64,000 bases of DNA from Patescibacteria group bacterium (GCA_035946335.1 DASYZL010000006.1:175664-239663); one strand, 5' to 3'; positions 1-11,129 are shown, counted from the stretch's first letter. The notes: generated by a model from the letters alone, not told the origin. Translations and numbers: made by a program.

Positions 1-495
1 GACACAAGCGTTGACAATGTCATTAGTATGATGACAAAAAATTTTGACGAGAAATACGCTACTGCAAAACAACAGCAAACAGTAAATATTTCGGAAAATA
101 ATGCAGTTATTCTAGCGTCAATCGTGCAACGAGAAGCTATTTCTCAACACGATATGCAGTATGTTGCATCAGCTTTGGAAAATAGGCTTGCGCTGAATAT
201 GGCACTTGCATCTGATGTTACCCTTGAATATGCGCTTGGTTATCAAACAGACGAAAAAACATGGTGGAAAAAAGAGTTAACTGTGAATGATCTACAACTC
301 AATACACCATACAATACACGGCTTAACGCAGGTCTCCCGCCAACTCCAATTAGCAACCCCGGACTTGTCGCGTTAGAGGCTGTTCTGAATCCGCCAAAAA
401 GTGACTATTTATACTATGTATCAGACAAACAAGGCATACTCCATTTTGCAAAAACGCTTAATCAGCATAATGCAAATGTAGCAAGGTATGAGTAG
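1..495 (+). CDS. mltG: Endolytic transglycosylase MltG (YceG family), 5'-truncated by window edge
   Basis: Motifs LASIVQRE, NRL...LASDVT, PYNT...GLPPTPISNPG, YLYYV; frame open from base 1. Confidence 0.9.
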   Translation, partial: DTSVDNVISMMTKNFDEKYATAKQQQTVNISENNAVILASIVQREAISQHDMQYVASALENRLALNMALASDVTLEYALGYQTDEKTWWKKELTVNDLQLNTPYNTRLNAGLPPTPISNPGLVALEAVLNPPKSDYLYYVSDKQGILHFAKTLNQHNANVARYE

Positions 496-877
496 TTTTT
501 GACAATATTCTGTTTTCTTCTTACAATGCATTTACCCGTATGCCTACCAGAAAAACTTGTTTCTGGAGAGGAAGTTATCGAAACACAACAACAATTATGG
601 CAAATGCTTCGATCTCTTGGGGTCAGAGAAGAACAAAAACCCAAAACGAGCATTACCAATCTCTATCTCAGAAACCATTTTTTACCATAAATGTTTTTAT
701 TAGACAAAGGTATATACTCATCAATAAAAACGTATTCTTCCAGCCTGAATAGCCCAACTGTACAAATAGAAAATATCTTTGTCTAAGAATATTATGGAAA
801 TACTAGAGTTGACACAAAATTAACGCACTAGGTAAAAAATATGCAAATAGAAAAGGCGCGAAGCGAATGAAACTTGA

Positions 878-1153
878 CTAGGATGTTTTTTTTATTCTCC
901 TGAAGAATCGTTTTATTTTATGCGGCTGCTCTTCTTTTGCTGTTTCCATTGCCTCTTCCTCCTCTGCTTCTTCTACTTCATCATTGAATAGTTCCTTGAG
1001 ACTACCAAATTCCTCAAATCCTTCCTCTTTAAGTGTTTGGAAAAGCTCACGTCCCTTTTTTGTCCCAAGGAAAAATACCAAAGCAGCACCAATAATCATT
1101 CCTATGACAAGGCCATTAAAAAAACCTGAATGATGCGTATGTCTATTCTCCAT
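878..1153 (-). CDS. Small YtxH-like protein with N-terminal membrane helix
   Basis: GFFNGLVIGMIIGAALVFFLGTKKGRE pattern followed by acidic tail. Confidence 0.65.
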   Translation of the reverse strand: MENRHTHHSGFFNGLVIGMIIGAALVFFLGTKKGRELFQTLKEEGFEEFGSLKELFNDEVEEAEEEEAMETAKEEQPHKIKRFFRRIKKTS

Positions 1154-1403
1154 GATGTTTTTTCTTTGTTAGAATTTTTGCAATGATACTTCCTATTTTC
1201 AATCCTGTTGTCAGGGAAGATAGCTGGGAAATTGGCTTACTGACACTTTCTGTAATACTTTCGGTATAATCTAGCACCTTGTTTGTTTTTGTCAGTGCCT
1301 TGCGGATTTCGCGCAGAATAAAGAAAACCTGAATGCCTAGAATGATAAGCAAAATACTTAATGCGCCGATGATAACACTGAGTAATATTTGGGCAGGATC
1401 CAT
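1143..1403 (-). CDS. Small membrane protein (DUF948/YoxC-like)
   Basis: Single TM helix then coiled-coil; overlaps start of YtxH-like gene; start set at MDPAQ. Confidence 0.6.
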   Translation of the reverse strand: MDPAQILLSVIIGALSILLIILGIQVFFILREIRKALTKTNKVLDYTESITESVSKPISQLSSLTTGLKIGSIIAKILTKKKHHGE

Positions 1404-1441
1404 AAAATTATCGTACAAGAGAAGTGAAAGGGTGTCAAGAC

Positions 1442-2074
1442 TTATCGTACGGTTATGTGCCGTTGCTGTGTTGTCTTTCTTCCAAAACTATTCACTGCTT
1501 CCACGGTAATCGTTACTGTGCCAGGAAATACCGTAATATCTTTCCTAAACTTACCATTATCGTCAACATATGCTGTCGTACCATTAACAATTACCGCAAC
1601 ATTCGGTTCTGTTGTACCGGTTACAACGATTGTTTGTGATGCAACGGTTGCATTATTTCCCGGTGTAACAATGGAAAGGCTGGGAGAAAAAAAAGCTGCT
1701 TTATATTGGAAGAACGCATAGAGAATACAGACAAGAAAAAGAAATACAACAAGTAATATTGCCTGGCGGACGCGCAGCTTATTTACAGAAATGTGCCGAG
1801 GTCTTGCAAAACTTTCCGGCAAGACTTTTATATATTCTTTCTCGTTAAATTCCCGGCGAAATATTGCAAGAAACTCTTTTGTCGGAAGGCCTAAGAATTC
1901 AATATAGTTTTTAATAAATCCCTGTGCATAGGCACTTGATGGAAGTTTTTTGTACTCACCTTTTTCAATTGCTTCCAAAAAACTGAGTCGAATTTTTGTT
2001 GCCTTTGCAACCTCCTCAAGGGAGTACCGCTGTCTTTCCCGCTCTTCACGAAGGCGTTGTCCAACACGAATCAT
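1442..2074 (-). CDS. RodZ-like HTH membrane protein with C-terminal Ig-like domain
   Basis: GQRLREERE..SLEEVAKATKIR..FLEAIEKG..LP..AYAQGFIKNY HTH, TM helix, beta-rich C-terminus; follows ftsK. Confidence 0.8.
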   Translation of the reverse strand: MIRVGQRLREERERQRYSLEEVAKATKIRLSFLEAIEKGEYKKLPSSAYAQGFIKNYIEFLGLPTKEFLAIFRREFNEKEYIKVLPESFARPRHISVNKLRVRQAILLVVFLFLVCILYAFFQYKAAFFSPSLSIVTPGNNATVASQTIVVTGTTEPNVAVIVNGTTAYVDDNGKFRKDITVFPGTVTITVEAVNSFGRKTTQQRHITVR

Positions 2075-2105
2075 ATAATAAAGGAAAACCTTTCTGCGTG
2101 AGGTT

Positions 2106-4229
2106 TTAGTTTGGTTGTAATCCAGCTAAGAATTCTTCTGCGTTTTTACTTAAAACATCTCTTGGCTTTGATCCTTCTGCCGGCCCGATAAGTCCTGACT
2201 CTTCCAGTTGATCCAGTATCTTTGCTGCTCGCGAATAACCAATGGAAAGTTTACGCTGTAATAATGATGCTGATGCTTTATCATATTGGCACACAATGCG
2301 TACAGCTTCGTCAAAAAAACTGTCCCGTCCTTCACTGTTTCCTCCGGCAGATAACATCCCCCGTTTTCCTATCACAACTTGCTGCTGCGTAACCTCCTCT
2401 GTATAGTTAACAACCGGACTCTTTTCTTTTAAGAAAATTACCAATTTTTGCACTTCCTTTTCTGAAACAAATGTTCCTTGAACACGGGTAGGCTTTGCTT
2501 GGTCAGGTGGAATATATAACATGTCTCCTCGACCCAATAGTTTTTCTGCCCCAGGTCCATCCAGAATAACGCGCGAGTCAACAACAGATGACACATTGAA
2601 TGCAATACGACAGGGGATATTTGCCTTGATGAGTCCGGTAATAACATCAACGCTAGGCCGTTGCGTTGAAATAACTAAGTGGATCCCTGTTGCCCGTGCC
2701 ATTTGTGCAAGCCGTGCTATCGCGTCTTCAACCTCAACCGGCGCAAACATCATCAAATCCGCCAATTCATCAACCATAATGACAATCGAGGGAAGCGCCT
2801 GAAATCCTGACAGCTCATTATAACTATCAATATTTTTTACTCCGCGTTCTGCAAACAGCTTATACCTTCTGTCCATTTCTCCCATTGCCCATTTTAATGC
2901 TGAGAGGATTTTTTCCGGTTCAACAATTACCGGCGTCAACAAATGAGGGATACCATTGTATCCAGTCATTTCAACGCGTTTCGGGTCAATCATGATAAAT
3001 TTCACTTCCTGTGGGGAAGCATGGAATAAAATGGATGCAATAAATGCATTGATAGCAACAGACTTTCCAGAACCGGTTGTTCCAGCAATCAACACATGCG
3101 GCATTTTGGTAATGTCAGCAGTAACGGGATTGCCTGATACATCAAGTCCAAGCGCAACAGTAAGTTTTGATTTTGCTTTCTGCATAAGATTTGATGAAAG
3201 CATGGCACGAAGATTGACAACTTCCAGTGACCTGTTCGGAATTTCAATGCCGACTAAACTTCGTCCTGGAATCGGCGCTTCGATACGTATTTGTCCGGTT
3301 GGCGCTTCTGTTGCTAAAGCTAAATCATTCGCTAATGACGTAATTTTTGACACTTTTGTTCCCAAAGCAATTTCTAGAGCGTACTGGGTAACAGCAGGAC
3401 CTAGGTTAACTTCTGCAACGCGTGCTGCGATACCAAAACTTTGCAATGTCTTTTCTATAACTGATGCAATTTTCTTGATGTCACCACGCTCTGCTTTTTG
3501 TCCGGGACTATCAGAAAGCAAATTGAGCTGCGGATACTCCCAGATACCACCATTAGTAAGCATATTTGTTACCAGTTTATCTGATATGAGATGTTGTTGC
3601 TCTTTTTTGTTCACTATAACGTCTTTTTTCGGCTTTTCGTCCCGGGCAAAAAGCGGTAATTTTTTCTTTTCTTTCTCAGATAAATCTTTTGTACCTAGCT
3701 GGCGGATAGTCATTTCCTTGTCTTTTGGTCGTCGAGATTTAAAAAGTCCAAAGGGAAGGACTTTCCCCATTGTCTTGAAACTCACCACAAATCCATGCAA
3801 TAGTTCATCAAGGGATGTATCAAAGAAAACAACAACGCCAACGAAACACCCTGCTATATAAACAATTGATGTACCGGCAACTCCTAAAATATCAGAAAGG
3901 ATCTGAAACAACCTGACCCCTATTACTCCCTCCCGCAAGAGTCCTGACAAAGCAACAAACGTAATGAAGTAGCCAATGGCTACGTGCGGACGGGAAAGGA
4001 AGAATTTAAAGCGCAGGAAGAAAAATCCCCAGAATAAAAAGACAAATGGAAACGCATATTCCATTGCGCCAAAATAATGAATAAGTATGGTATTAAGTGT
4101 AATAAATACTTCACCGGAATTGGTAAATGACAGAAAACCTAATAATGCTGCGACAAAAAAAAGAAGTGCGAACAAGGTAAAAACAGTATCATTTTTGAGT
4201 TTTAATTTGAATCTTCTCCTGCGTGCCAT
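2106..4229 (-). CDS. ftsK: DNA translocase FtsK/SpoIIIE
   Basis: N-terminal TM segments, PHVLIAGTTGSGKS Walker A, MVDELADLM, gamma domain SLLQRKLSIGYSRAA. Confidence 0.97.
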   Translation of the reverse strand: MARRRRFKLKLKNDTVFTLFALLFFVAALLGFLSFTNSGEVFITLNTILIHYFGAMEYAFPFVFLFWGFFFLRFKFFLSRPHVAIGYFITFVALSGLLREGVIGVRLFQILSDILGVAGTSIVYIAGCFVGVVVFFDTSLDELLHGFVVSFKTMGKVLPFGLFKSRRPKDKEMTIRQLGTKDLSEKEKKKLPLFARDEKPKKDVIVNKKEQQHLISDKLVTNMLTNGGIWEYPQLNLLSDSPGQKAERGDIKKIASVIEKTLQSFGIAARVAEVNLGPAVTQYALEIALGTKVSKITSLANDLALATEAPTGQIRIEAPIPGRSLVGIEIPNRSLEVVNLRAMLSSNLMQKAKSKLTVALGLDVSGNPVTADITKMPHVLIAGTTGSGKSVAINAFIASILFHASPQEVKFIMIDPKRVEMTGYNGIPHLLTPVIVEPEKILSALKWAMGEMDRRYKLFAERGVKNIDSYNELSGFQALPSIVIMVDELADLMMFAPVEVEDAIARLAQMARATGIHLVISTQRPSVDVITGLIKANIPCRIAFNVSSVVDSRVILDGPGAEKLLGRGDMLYIPPDQAKPTRVQGTFVSEKEVQKLVIFLKEKSPVVNYTEEVTQQQVVIGKRGMLSAGGNSEGRDSFFDEAVRIVCQYDKASASLLQRKLSIGYSRAAKILDQLEESGLIGPAEGSKPRDVLSKNAEEFLAGLQPN

Positions 4230-4246
4230 TGGTATTATTATACACC

Positions 4247-5902
4247 TTACATGTCAATGATGATGGGAAGAATAAGTGGCTTACGTTTGTACTGCTGATG
4301 TAATGTTTTCTCAATGGTTTCGCTGAGAAGCTTGCGCATAACAACGGGTTTTATCTGTGTCGATTGCATGGAGAGTGTTTTACGCAGTGTATTGACAATA
4401 AATCGTTGCATTTCCTGTGTGTCTTCGCTTATGCCCTTGAAAATGACCTCTACTGGTTGCAAAAGTTCTTTTGTATTTCCGTCAATCGTTGCAATAACAA
4501 CTATCATGCCTTCTGATGAAAGTTTTTGTCGGTCAAGCAATACATACTCTTCAACTTTTTCTCCGCTAATCTCATCAAGATATACTGTCCTGATCGGAAT
4601 TTTTTTACCAAACCGGATCATAGAGGACGAAATGGTAATCTCCTGCCCATCTTCTCCTATCATAATGACATTATTCTGATAGCCAAATCGTTTTGCGATT
4701 TGCTGATATGCTCCCATATGCTTCTGAGTACCGCTGGTGGGAATAACGTATCGGGGTTGTACGAGAGAAAGGAGAAGTAACATATCTTGTTCGCTACCAT
4801 GACCGGAAACATGAAAATCAGGCGTGATATCACTATACAATACAGTCGCACCAACTTTAGTAATTGCGTCAATTAAAGCATTAACCAATACTTCGTTTCC
4901 GGGAATGGTGTCTGCTGAAAAAATAACCATATCTTGACTACTGAGTTTTACATCGCGGTGGATTCCTTCTGCAATTCGTGTCATTGAAGAGTTTTCCTGT
5001 CCCTGACTGCCGGCAACAAGTAACAATAAATCCTTATCTCGTACTTGTTTTATTTGATCCAATGATACTTCCATACCTTTTGGTAACTGTATCAATCCTT
5101 TCTGTTTGGCAATTTCCACTGTGTTAATAAGTGACCTCCCAACAAAGCATACCCGCTTTTTAAGCATAGTTGCCGCATCGATTGCCTGCTTAATTCGATT
5201 GATATTTGACGAGTACGTGGTGATAAGGCATTTACCGCTACATTCCCTCATTGCATCGGCAAAATGTTTCTCCAGCCCTGCTTCTGATGGCGTGTATCCT
5301 TTACGCTCGCTCCCTAAACAATCTGTCACTAAGGCCAAAACGCCATCACTACCGATTCGGGCGATCTGGGCGAAATCAGTTCTTTTCCCGTCATATGGAG
5401 TCAGATCAAATTTATAATCGCTGCCGTGATAGATCGTCCCAATTGGGGTTTTTATCACAATATGTGCAGTATCCGGAACAGAATGTGTCACACGGATAAA
5501 GCTTGCTGAAAATACGCCAAGTTTTACTTCTTGTCCCTTTTCGAATGTTACTTCCTGCACCTTTTTATTGACACCAAATTCATTCAGCTTTTCATTAGCC
5601 AGCGCGGCAGTAAAGGAAGTAGCAAAAATGGGAAAATCTGGCAGTTGCGGGAGGAGAAACGGTAGCGCGCCCATATGATCTTCATGCCCATGGGTGATAA
5701 GCATTCCGACGATTTTGCTTTTTGTGTTTTTCAGATAGGTGATGTCCGGAAGCAGAAGCTCAACTCCAAGCATAGTTTCGTCAGCAAAACCAATACCACA
5801 GTCAACAAGTAAAATCTGTCCGTCATACTCGTAAACATACATATTTTTTGTGACATCACCACAGCCGCCGAGAGGTAAAAATGAAAGGTAATTATTGTTC
5901 AT
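4247..5902 (-). CDS. rnj: Ribonuclease J
   Basis: PLGG..VTKNM, THGHEDHMG metallo-beta-lactamase motif, HVSGHG. Confidence 0.95.
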   Translation of the reverse strand: MNNNYLSFLPLGGCGDVTKNMYVYEYDGQILLVDCGIGFADETMLGVELLLPDITYLKNTKSKIVGMLITHGHEDHMGALPFLLPQLPDFPIFATSFTAALANEKLNEFGVNKKVQEVTFEKGQEVKLGVFSASFIRVTHSVPDTAHIVIKTPIGTIYHGSDYKFDLTPYDGKRTDFAQIARIGSDGVLALVTDCLGSERKGYTPSEAGLEKHFADAMRECSGKCLITTYSSNINRIKQAIDAATMLKKRVCFVGRSLINTVEIAKQKGLIQLPKGMEVSLDQIKQVRDKDLLLLVAGSQGQENSSMTRIAEGIHRDVKLSSQDMVIFSADTIPGNEVLVNALIDAITKVGATVLYSDITPDFHVSGHGSEQDMLLLLSLVQPRYVIPTSGTQKHMGAYQQIAKRFGYQNNVIMIGEDGQEITISSSMIRFGKKIPIRTVYLDEISGEKVEEYVLLDRQKLSSEGMIVVIATIDGNTKELLQPVEVIFKGISEDTQEMQRFIVNTLRKTLSMQSTQIKPVVMRKLLSETIEKTLHQQYKRKPLILPIIIDM

Positions 5903-6005
5903 GTGTAAGGAAGGATACGTTTATCTTTCGAACGCAACGAGAAGAGTAAATTTAAGAAACATACTGTACTCCTCTGTCATTCGAACAATATCATTGCGTA
6001 TATCT

Positions 6006-6034
6006 AGTATGGGTGTTTTGCCAAGAGCCGTCAA
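6006..6034 (-). promoter_or_regulatory. Sigma70-type promoter for rnj
   Basis: Minus strand TTGACG-N17-CATACT in the pnp-rnj intergenic region. Confidence 0.6.
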
Positions 6035-6044
6035 GAAGAGCGTA

Positions 6045-8303
6045 TTATTTTCGAAAATCCCTTTTATTTCGGGGAGTAAACTGTCTGCCCCCTCGTTGTT
6101 CGCGTTGAAATTGTCTCGTTAACGGATGCGGCTGCGTTCGCCCGTTTGGCTTATGATCCCGGTAACTTGCTTGTTCCCGCATTTGTTCTGGGGACAGCAT
6201 TGACAGATTAATTCTTCCCTGTTCATCGACTTCGATAACGCGAACTTTTACTTTTTGACCGACTGAAACAACATCAGAGGGATTATTTATATAGGCGGTA
6301 GACATTTTTGACACATGCACCATGCCTTCTTTTCCTGGCAAAAACTCAACAAAGGCACCGAATGGCAGGATTCGCTTCACTTCACCTTCAAACTCTTCCC
6401 CTACTGTCACTTCGCGCGTCATACCGGTAATCCACGCAACTGCTTGCTGCACCTCTTCGTCAGTTGGACCAGAGACACTGACTGTACCATCATCTTCAAC
6501 GTCAACCTGTGCACCTGTTGTTGCAATAATATTTTTGATATTACGCCCCCCCGGACCAATAAGCTCACCGATTCTATCAACCGGAATGTTCAGAACAGAA
6601 ATTTTAGGCGCAAGGGACGAAACGGTCTTTCGCGATTGCGGGAGAATTGCAAGCATTTTCTCAAGAATTGCAAGACGCGCTGTTTTTGCCCGCTCAAAAA
6701 TCTCCTCAATCATCTTGATTGTAAGCCCATCATGCTTAACATCTAGTTGAATTGCTGTAATACCGCTATCAGTACCGGCGACTTTGAAATCCATATCTCC
6801 TGAAAAATCTTCTAATCCAATAATGTCAGTTAAGATCACGTATTGTTCATCTTTTTGTCCATAGTTTTTTGACATCATTCCCATTGCTATACCGGCAACC
6901 GGCTTTATTATCGGTACACCCGCATCCATTAATGCGAGAGTTGAACCACACGTTGCTGCCATAGACGTCGATCCGTTCGATGAAAGAATTTCTGAGACGA
7001 GCCGTATGGTATAAGGAAAAACATTCTGTGCGGGAATAACACCAAGCAACGCACGCTCAGCAAGAGCTCCATGCCCAATTTCGCGTGAAGATGGTGTTCC
7101 GATACGTCCTGTTTCGCCAACTGAGTAGGGTGGCATATAATAATGATGGATGTAGCGTTTTTCTTCTTCTCCTTCAGCTGACTCAATCAGTTGTCCCATT
7201 CTTCCTGACCCGAGTGTTGCAATAGTAAGCCCCTGTGTGTCGCCCCGCTGGAAGAGTCCTGAACCATGCACACGTGGTAAAACGCCTACTGCAACACTCA
7301 CCGGGCGTATTTCATCAAGTTTCCGACCATCTGGCCGTTTGCTTTTTTCAAGGATATTACTACGAATAAGCTTAAAAAATACTTTCTCGACAGCTTGAGC
7401 AACGATTTTTTTATCCAGTTTTGTTTCAGGATTTGCAATTTTCGCTTCAGTGATAATTTTCTCAATGATGGCGTCCTGACTACTGCTGCCGCTTTCTTTG
7501 TGTGCGCGTAGAGCAATGAACGCTTCTAATTCGTCTTTATATTTTTCTGCTTTTTTGATTGCATCCAGGAGAAGTTCATCGGAGGAAACAGTAACTTTTT
7601 CTCTTTCACGTGCTTCCTTTGCAAAATCTTCAATAAAGTCCAAAAGCTTTGCGTTGATATCGTGCGCTCGCTTAATTGCTTCAATCATGACATCTTCCGA
7701 GACTTGCAACGCACCTGCTTCAAGCATAAGGGTTTTTTCTTTTGATTGTGACGCAACAACGTCAAGTTCTGATACATCAAGTCCTGCGCCACCTGGATTT
7801 ATCAGAAATTCCCCTTCATGTGTTTCCTTATTGGTAACATATCCCATACGGACAGCGCTAATCGGTCCTTTCCAAGGAATATGAGACATATGCAAAGCTG
7901 CAGAAGTAGCAACAATACCTAAAATATCCGGCTCATTGATTCCGTCCACAGATAAAAGCGTTATCACAATTTGCACTTCGTTTTTGTATTCTTTGGGAAA
8001 TAACGGACGAATAGAACGGTCGATGAGACGCCGTCGCAGAATTGCATCATCGCTCGGTCTGCCCTCCCGTTTTACCCATCGTGAACCCTTAATCCGTCCT
8101 CCTGCATATAATCGCTCTACATATTCAACGGAAAGCGGAAAATAATCAATGTCTGTTCGGATTTTTCCTTCAACAACCGTTACCAATACTACCGTATCAC
8201 CCATGCGAGCTAATACTGCAGCTGTTGCCTGTTGAGCAAGTTTACCGGTTTCAAGAGTCAATGCGATTCCGTTAATATCAAGTGATTTGGAGACAATATT
8301 CAT
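6045..8303 (-). CDS. pnp: Polyribonucleotide nucleotidyltransferase (PNPase)
   Basis: [42 protein letters not shown] and S1 domains. Confidence 0.98.
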   Translation of the reverse strand: MNIVSKSLDINGIALTLETGKLAQQATAAVLARMGDTVVLVTVVEGKIRTDIDYFPLSVEYVERLYAGGRIKGSRWVKREGRPSDDAILRRRLIDRSIRPLFPKEYKNEVQIVITLLSVDGINEPDILGIVATSAALHMSHIPWKGPISAVRMGYVTNKETHEGEFLINPGGAGLDVSELDVVASQSKEKTLMLEAGALQVSEDVMIEAIKRAHDINAKLLDFIEDFAKEAREREKVTVSSDELLLDAIKKAEKYKDELEAFIALRAHKESGSSSQDAIIEKIITEAKIANPETKLDKKIVAQAVEKVFFKLIRSNILEKSKRPDGRKLDEIRPVSVAVGVLPRVHGSGLFQRGDTQGLTIATLGSGRMGQLIESAEGEEEKRYIHHYYMPPYSVGETGRIGTPSSREIGHGALAERALLGVIPAQNVFPYTIRLVSEILSSNGSTSMAATCGSTLALMDAGVPIIKPVAGIAMGMMSKNYGQKDEQYVILTDIIGLEDFSGDMDFKVAGTDSGITAIQLDVKHDGLTIKMIEEIFERAKTARLAILEKMLAILPQSRKTVSSLAPKISVLNIPVDRIGELIGPGGRNIKNIIATTGAQVDVEDDGTVSVSGPTDEEVQQAVAWITGMTREVTVGEEFEGEVKRILPFGAFVEFLPGKEGMVHVSKMSTAYINNPSDVVSVGQKVKVRVIEVDEQGRINLSMLSPEQMREQASYRDHKPNGRTQPHPLTRQFQREQRGGRQFTPRNKRDFRK

Positions 8304-8355
8304 GTTTTTTAATATATCGAGTAGTTCTCGTTTCGTTTAAACAATTTGTTTTCTG

Positions 8356-8625
8356 TTAATTTTTTAATCCTACCTTTTTCAAAATAGAAGAAGCACGTAT
8401 TTTATCTATTTTCTCTAAGAAATTAATCAGTCGTCGTCGTTTTGCAATCATTGAAAGAAGTCCTCGTCTGCTGTGCACATCGTGTGCATGCTTTTTTAAG
8501 TGGTCTGTTAACGCGGTAATACGATAAGTAAGAAGTGCGATCTGTACCTCGGGACTTCCTGTATCACCTTTTACCGTTTGAAAATCTTTAATAATATCCT
8601 GCTTCTGTATTACTGACAGTGGCAT
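8356..8625 (-). CDS. rpsO: 30S ribosomal protein S15
   Basis: DTGSPEVQIALLT..I..L..HL..H..DVHSRRGL; canonical rpsO-pnp order. Confidence 0.98.
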   Translation of the reverse strand: MPLSVIQKQDIIKDFQTVKGDTGSPEVQIALLTYRITALTDHLKKHAHDVHSRRGLLSMIAKRRRLINFLEKIDKIRASSILKKVGLKN

Positions 8626-8679
8626 ATAACTAATTCATTATAGCAGTTTTCTTTTTGTGACGCAATCGGATATTAATCG

Positions 8680-9630
8680 CTATAGAATAGTTGATCCTTT
8701 ATATACCTTTGGCGTTAACCAATCTGCGGGTGTTTGCGCTTGTTGTGTTTGTTGCGCTGGTTGTACTGACTGCTGCACAGGGGCAGGTTGCGTTACCGGC
8801 TGCACAGGTTGTTGTTGCAATGGAGAGTTAGGAATTGGCGGAAAGAACTGACTTACCGGCTGTCCAGCAGGAACTGTTACTACCGGGGATGTCTGTCTTT
8901 TTGCGCCCTTTTTCATCAAGATTCCTGCCATTTCAAATGCAAGGTAGCTTGTTTTTTGACTAGTGAAATCTGAAGTGGCATATGAAATACCGGTGAACAA
9001 ATTTTGTGATGCATCAACAGTCAACTCTATTTGTGGTTCAAGAAGCGTAACAAAATCAGCAATTTGCTCACTGACTGAAGAGAATTTTGGTGACACAACG
9101 ACAACATCGCCATAATTTTTGTTTTCCGGTTTATTGTCAACATTCACAATAGTAACCCCTTGCGTTGAAGGAAGAATATTGCTAATCAACATAAGATCAG
9201 CAATACCAATCGTGAAGAGCAGGGTTGGTATTGCTCCTCCTCCTGCTACCCGGTTAAACTGTACCTGTGAGTTATCAAACGATAAACCGCTCTGCCCTGC
9301 TTTGACAACGATGTTTAGCAAGTTATTTTCAAGCGTATAAGAAACTTTTTCAATCTCTCCTTCTCTATAGGGAAAAGAAACGGTAAGGTCGCCTCCTGCT
9401 GCAGAACCGAATGTTTTTTGCACCTTATCAATACCAACCAGGTTAGATAGACCAACTATTACGTCTGTTGAACAGACAACGGTTGCCTGCTTATTCATTT
9501 GTTTCAGAACAAGGTACATACCAAGTCCTGCTGCCATTTCATCAAGGGATGGGTTTGGTTTTACCACAATACCAATTACCTGGTGCTGTAGAATGAGGTC
9601 TTTAATTCGCTGGAACGTTGCATTATCCAT
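8680..9630 (-). CDS. DHH phosphoesterase-like protein with degenerate motifs and P/Q-rich tail
   Basis: NPSLDEMAA, IVNVDNK..N..YG, SSVSE, IxYATSDF resemble the DHH/NrnA scaffold; position after infB. Confidence 0.65.
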   Translation of the reverse strand: MDNATFQRIKDLILQHQVIGIVVKPNPSLDEMAAGLGMYLVLKQMNKQATVVCSTDVIVGLSNLVGIDKVQKTFGSAAGGDLTVSFPYREGEIEKVSYTLENNLLNIVVKAGQSGLSFDNSQVQFNRVAGGGAIPTLLFTIGIADLMLISNILPSTQGVTIVNVDNKPENKNYGDVVVVSPKFSSVSEQIADFVTLLEPQIELTVDASQNLFTGISYATSDFTSQKTSYLAFEMAGILMKKGAKRQTSPVVTVPAGQPVSQFFPPIPNSPLQQQPVQPVTQPAPVQQSVQPAQQTQQAQTPADWLTPKVYKGSTIL

Positions 9631-9638
9631 AAATTAAA

Positions 9639-11054
9639 TTAACTATGGGATAGTATCATATCTCCCGTCTGAAAGTCAAGTAATGGGGAGATGAGCACGC
9701 CGCATTCATTCGGTGCTTCTACCTTCGAGGCTGTTTCTTTACCCTGCCTGACTGAAATAATGGAACTTTCTCCTACCTGTTCGTCATTTCGCATGATACG
9801 AATTTTATCCCCTTTTGCGATCCTGCCGTCAGTTACTTTTAATCCTAATACGATTGTCTTTTCAAAAGGAAACTTTGCTTGAATTTGAGCAACGCCGTAA
9901 ATCTGCTCCATCTCTGCCAAACGCTTACCTTCTATAACTTCACGCAATTCATCGAGAAGTTCATATATAATGGTATAATTTTTAATGAGTACTTTTTCTG
10001 TGCGAGCAAAATGAATGATATTTGTTTTGAGCTTAATGTTGAACGTTAAGATAAGCGCACCGATTGACTTCGCGTAAAGCACGTCTGCCTCAGAAATTTC
10101 GCCTGTTTTCTGGCGCATCAGGCGAACACCACTGGGAAGTGATGCTACGATCGCTTCGAGACTCCCAAGCGTATCTGCACAGAGGACTAAAGAGAAATTT
10201 CCTTCTTGGGATACAACTGGTTGCGCATATGAAAGAGTAGCCTGTCTGTTATTTCCTCCTCTTTGCACTACACTTCCGACAGCAGGAACATGCTCAAACC
10301 CTAATATTTCCGCACCGTCTCCAACAGTTATTGTTTTTTGCTGTATGCCGTTATCGTCGATAAGCGAGCGTACCCGACCTGTGATACCCTCTGCAATAAT
10401 TTCATCTTTAACCTGAAGCATTCCATTCTTTACAACAACTGTCGCCCGTGGACCGCTTTTCGTATCAAGACGAGACTCAATGACAACAGCAACAAGGGGT
10501 GCATTGGAAGATGGATGCGTACTATCGGCTGTCTGTTTTATGGCAAAAAGAAGAAGAATTAGATCAAGAAGCTCCTGAATATGCTGCCCTGTTTTTGCGG
10601 AAACTTCCAGAGTGGGCACATCGCCGCCGTATCCTTCAACGAGCACGAGCTCCTGAGAAAGCTGACGTTTAACACGTTCAGGATTCTTCTCTGGAAGATC
10701 TGATTTTGTTAAAGCAACAATAAAGGGAATACCGGCATTTTTGATAAGCTGTATTGATTCTTTTGTCTGTGGCATAATACCATCAACAGCCGATATAACA
10801 AGAATGGCAACATCAGCAACTTGCGCACCACGACTTCGCATCGCGGCAAATGTTTCATGGCCTGGAGTATCAATAAAGGTAATTTTCCGTTTTTGCCCAT
10901 CATGTAATGTTTCAATACTGGAGACTCCGATTTTTTGCGTAATGCCACCATGCTCCCGGGAAGCAATATTTGTTTTCCTGACTGCGTCCAACAAGCTTGT
11001 CTTTCCATGATCCACATGGCCTAACACTGATACAACTGGTGCAAAAGTACTCAT
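9639..11054 (-). CDS. infB: Translation initiation factor IF-2 (short, lacking N-terminal extension)
   Basis: GHVDHGKTSLLD, GGITQ, DTPGHE, MRSRGA. Confidence 0.95.
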   Translation of the reverse strand: MSTFAPVVSVLGHVDHGKTSLLDAVRKTNIASREHGGITQKIGVSSIETLHDGQKRKITFIDTPGHETFAAMRSRGAQVADVAILVISAVDGIMPQTKESIQLIKNAGIPFIVALTKSDLPEKNPERVKRQLSQELVLVEGYGGDVPTLEVSAKTGQHIQELLDLILLLFAIKQTADSTHPSSNAPLVAVVIESRLDTKSGPRATVVVKNGMLQVKDEIIAEGITGRVRSLIDDNGIQQKTITVGDGAEILGFEHVPAVGSVVQRGGNNRQATLSYAQPVVSQEGNFSLVLCADTLGSLEAIVASLPSGVRLMRQKTGEISEADVLYAKSIGALILTFNIKLKTNIIHFARTEKVLIKNYTIIYELLDELREVIEGKRLAEMEQIYGVAQIQAKFPFEKTIVLGLKVTDGRIAKGDKIRIMRNDEQVGESSIISVRQGKETASKVEAPNECGVLISPLLDFQTGDMILSHS

Positions 11055-11129
11055 AATAAACGTAAATTCTCTAATCAGGAAGCTTTAGCAGAAAAATGAT
11101 GAACTGTGTGAAACCGTTTTCATACCTTT

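Noticed and set aside
499-752. Short ORFs after mltG
   Set aside because: Overlapping frames, weak starts, no recognisable motif
2956-3861. 301-aa plus-strand ORF and similar long antisense ORFs (6315-6750, 14 kb, 19.5-20.3 kb, 31519-31992)
   Set aside because: Antisense shadows of ftsK, pnp, lon, clp and the resolvase; no motifs of their own
8028-8042. PNPase reads [10 protein letters not shown] where small residues usually precede RLIDR
   Set aside because: Frame intact; cannot separate local substitution from sequencing error
8730-8880. Repetitive GTT/GCT tract and Cys-rich plus-strand ORF 8657-8851
   Set aside because: Reverse complement of the P/Q/V linker of the DHH-like gene
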